A stretch of DNA of 9,676 nucleotides, taken from Amoeboradix gromovi X-113. Its lineage: Eukaryota; Fungi; Sanchytriomycota. This document shows, piece after piece, positions 7,415-9,676 of the stretch. The stretch lies in NCBI GenBank assembly GCA_018985225.1, contig JADGIF010000377.1:1-9676 (forward strand). Direction: 5' to 3'. The position numbers were made by a program, and so were the translations under genes. The notes under the pieces were generated by a model. The model ran no database searches, was not told where the DNA came from, and was given only the letters and a program-made list of their open reading frames with translations. Numbering within the stretch: position 1 is the first letter of the stretch; each line of letters begins with the position of its first letter.

Positions 7415-7519
7415 TTTTGGGTAAATAAGGTAAAATCGGAAAGACATCGAAACAAATTTCAGCGGTACCTTTGAAATATCTACTTGGTATTTTGAAACGA
7501 TAGTCTTGATCACAAAATA

Positions 7520-7801
7520 ATGGAGAAAATGCTAGATGGACTGAGACTGTCGCAATATGTTCGAGTTTTAAATGACAACGGTATAAATGATGACAATTAT
7601 ATGTTTTTGACGCACGAAGATTTGAAAGAAGTAGGTATATCAATTGTTGGACATCGAATTAAAATTATTACTGCTCTTAATGCAGCTACACTGTCTGCAT
7701 CTGGATATAATATAAGGCATCAAATCACTCAGATTAGAGCAGATGCTGAACCATTATTTAAAATTGCGAGTGAGTTGGAAATTGTCTGGAAACAAAAATA
7801 G
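7520..7801 (+). CDS. Small SAM (sterile alpha motif) domain protein, resembling the N-terminal part of fungal Ste50/Ste4 adaptors
   Basis: LDGLRLSQYVRVLNDNGI...LTHEDLKEVGISIVGHRIKII is a clear SAM signature. It is followed by a helical segment ITQIRADAEPLFK. No RA domain can fit before the next gene. Confidence 0.75.
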   Translation: MEKMLDGLRLSQYVRVLNDNGINDDNYMFLTHEDLKEVGISIVGHRIKIITALNAATLSASGYNIRHQITQIRADAEPLFKIASELEIVWKQK

Positions 7802-7916
7802 GAAAATCGCAGAATGACTGAGCACTCCTACAAATAAAGCTGTTTAAACTAAGGTTAAAGCAACCGTTTTTATACTTCTCAAATGAAAATCTCGAAACCA
7901 TTTTTTGTAACAAAGG

Positions 7917-8218
7917 ATGGATGACAATTCTGGAAAGCAACATGAAGGTAATTCTGGAGATAATTCAATAACGGTCAAAATCCAGAGCAGCTATGGAGAG
8001 TAATACCTTACTAATATAGGTTAACATTTAAAGTTAAAAGAACTACCCCATTTGCAAAAATTTTGAAGGCGTTCGCAGATAAGAACGGTGTAAACTTGGG
8101 ATCTTACAAATTCACTTATGACGGGTCTCAGATTAGAGACTCGGATACACCGCAGTCTTTAGACATGGAAGATGGTGACTCTTTAGATGCAATGCCAATG
8201 CAAGTTGGTGGGTGTTAG
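7917..8218 (+). CDS. SMT3: SUMO (Smt3-like ubiquitin-like modifier); join(7917..7999,8020..8218), 93 aa
   Basis: Spliced translation MDDNSGKQHEGNSGDNSITVKIQSSYGE|LTFKVKRTTPFAKILKAFADKNGVNLGSYKFTYDGSQIRDSDTPQSLDMEDGDSLDAMPMQVGGC*. It has FKVKRTT, F.YDG, DTP..LDMEDGD and the terminal QxGG diglycine with a 1-residue tail. Confidence 0.92.
8000..8019 (+). other. 20-nt spliceosomal intron in SUMO
   Basis: GTAATACCTTACTAATATAG has GT..AG ends and a branch-like TACTAAT. Unspliced, exon 1 hits an in-frame TAA. Removal gives GA|G (Glu) and restores a continuous SUMO frame. Confidence 0.85.
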
Positions 8219-8248
8219 CTAATAAATTTACTTTTGGAATTATAGCAT

Positions 8249-8752
8249 TTATCTTCTTCCTTGTATCTGCTCAATCTTTTTGTCTTTGAGAACCAGAAGC
8301 TGCTCTAATTTCTCAATTTTGGTTAGTAACATTTGAATGGTTTGCTCATATTCAGGAACATTGTTCAGGACTTCAGGTATTTCGTCGTTAAGCACAATGG
8401 GTCGGCTTGTGTTGGATAAATTTACTATCTTCTGCATAATAATTATCATTGCTTGTTCAGCAAACCCCGGGTATGCTGACGCTGCACCTTCAATTGTTTG
8501 GTCAGGTATTTTTATCCCAAGTTTCTTAAGAACCTTCGCGCTAAACATTTTCCAGTTCAGCAGCTTTTGACTCGCACTGCTAGTGCTTGGATAATTGTGC
8601 ATTTCGACAAGTTTTGGAAAAAAATGTTTAACAACTTCCGCAGCAAGTATGGCATCGCTAAAATCTCTTGAAAAGTTTTTCTTTGGTCTAGATAGAGGTA
8701 TGTTGTCAATCCATTCAAGCATGATCTGAACTTGGTCATCCTGTTTTTGCAT
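8249..8752 (-). CDS. SPEF1: Sperm flagellar protein 1 (SPEF1/CLAMP; calponin-homology domain plus coiled coil)
   Basis: WIDNIPLSRPKKNFSRDFSDAILAAEVVKHFFPKLVEMHNY...QKLLNW is the SPEF1 CH domain. C-terminal coiled coil QTIQMLLTKIEKLEQLLVLKDKKI. The first ATG is at 8752; the track's 8755 start is a TTG. Confidence 0.93.
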   Translation of the reverse strand: MQKQDDQVQIMLEWIDNIPLSRPKKNFSRDFSDAILAAEVVKHFFPKLVEMHNYPSTSSASQKLLNWKMFSAKVLKKLGIKIPDQTIEGAASAYPGFAEQAMIIIMQKIVNLSNTSRPIVLNDEIPEVLNNVPEYEQTIQMLLTKIEKLEQLLVLKDKKIEQIQGRR

Positions 8753-9354
8753 CAATTTTCTAAATTGACCTAAAACTAATGGGACAAGTTCTGACTAATA
8801 AAAACGAGGAGTGTTATGGATAACAAGGAGAAAGAGAAACTAACTAGATGTCAAGAGCATTACAAGAAGGTACCCAGCCTGTATTCTATGAGCATTATCG
8901 GAAAGTTAAGCTAAAACTAAAATAACAATTAACACCAGAAACTGAACTGATGTGAAAATATCAATAAACAAAAAATTTTAGCATTTTAATCAACCACGGT
9001 TACTGTTGCTCATACTTTTAGATCAAAAGACTATTTAATGTACTTAAAATATAAGTTGAACTTTATAATCGTGTTCGTTAAAGACCAAAGATCATTTATT
9101 GGAGTCGCTATGATCCTTAGTAGGATCAGGAGAATAACCTACAGAATGAGGTGAAGTGGATTTAGTAGTCGTATTTTCTCTGCCGAAGGTGCCAGGAGAC
9201 CTCGTTTGGAAGAGTCTGCTCTCAATTTTGGTTTGATAATAGCGAGTGCAGAGATTTTGTCAATAACGTTTTTGTTCCATTATTTCTACGATTCAATGGT
9301 TATTTAAAGAGTCTGAATATTACATATTCCATTAAAATTCACAAGTTCTGCAAT

Positions 9355-9630
9355 TGCGATCATTATTATCATGCTTTGACTGATTTTTTTAAATATTTTT
9401 TTTGGCTACTTTTCAGTCTTAATTGTTAATAAAATTCATTTTAAATTTACTGAATCCTCTTCAAATCATGAAATTTTTGAAGAATGGTTTAATTCATTTG
9501 AAAAGATGGATGGATCGGTTGTAATAGAAAGTTGCGTTTTGAAAGAACAAGTGAGACATCAAATATAAAAACCGGACTAACTTTCTGTAACAACTTGGAA
9601 CATTATTTAAGAGGCGAGTGGACATTCAGC
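9355..9630 (+). pseudogene. Possible heavily decayed IS630/Tc1-type transposase remnant
   Basis: Broken translations IIII/HALTDF (~9358-9390), NHEIFEEWFNSFEKMDGSVVI (from 9464; cf. N..FE.WF.....SVIVMDN) and EASGHS occur in the order expected of Tc1-like DDE domains. The catalytic DN motif is absent and there are several stops. Confidence 0.22.
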
Positions 9631-9676
9631 TAGTTGCGGAGTTGACGAGTATAAAGGGAAAATAAATAACTTTTTG

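Noticed and set aside
7407-7430. Within-window targets for putative guides (e.g. TGGGTAAATA also present in PIG-O near 3647)
   Set aside because: Matches of ~10 nt in AT-rich DNA are expected by chance, and the guide boundaries are not established.
7244-7506. Group I intron/IStron-like motifs (GCGGGA..AACCGC, GACTATAAG, GATAGTCT)
   Set aside because: J6/7 (YCA) and J8/7 (AAGAUA) consensus not matched, no P3 pairing found, and the alternative long hairpin explains the region better. An Infernal group I scan would settle it.
284-8739. Short shadow ORFs (284-481, 1855-2037, 2986-3180, 4725-5006, 7014-7220, 7404-7643, 7758-7943, 8337-8570, 8557-8739)
   Set aside because: Antisense or out-of-frame overlaps of better-supported genes or relics, with no motifs.

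Overview
AT-rich, very gene-dense eukaryotic nuclear DNA. It is probably from a flagellated, early-diverging fungus or fungus-like organism with a reduced genome; this is inferred from SPEF1, a Ste50-like SAM protein, PIG-O, TRAPPC13, SUMO, near-abutting genes and a 20-nt spliceosomal intron. Housekeeping genes: a NOL1/NOP2/Sun m5C methyltransferase, a hypothetical ORF, GPI13/PIG-O (minus strand), TRAPPC13, a small SAM protein, SUMO (two exons, missed by the ORF track) and SPEF1 (minus strand). A ~2.2-kb island (5259-7414) between TRAPPC13 and the SAM gene holds three same-orientation relics of Fanzor (eukaryotic TnpB-derived RNA-guided nuclease) genes. The first is an internally deleted, frameshifted Fanzor1-like gene inside a 961-bp element with perfect 15-bp terminal inverted repeats. 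The other two are diverged 3' fragments of Fanzor2/IS607-TnpB-like genes. All three proteins look dead, but each relic ends in a foldable multi-stem region where the omegaRNA scaffold is expected. The island could be a transposon graveyard or a cluster of guide-only 'ghost' loci. All family calls come from manual motif reading; no database search was run.
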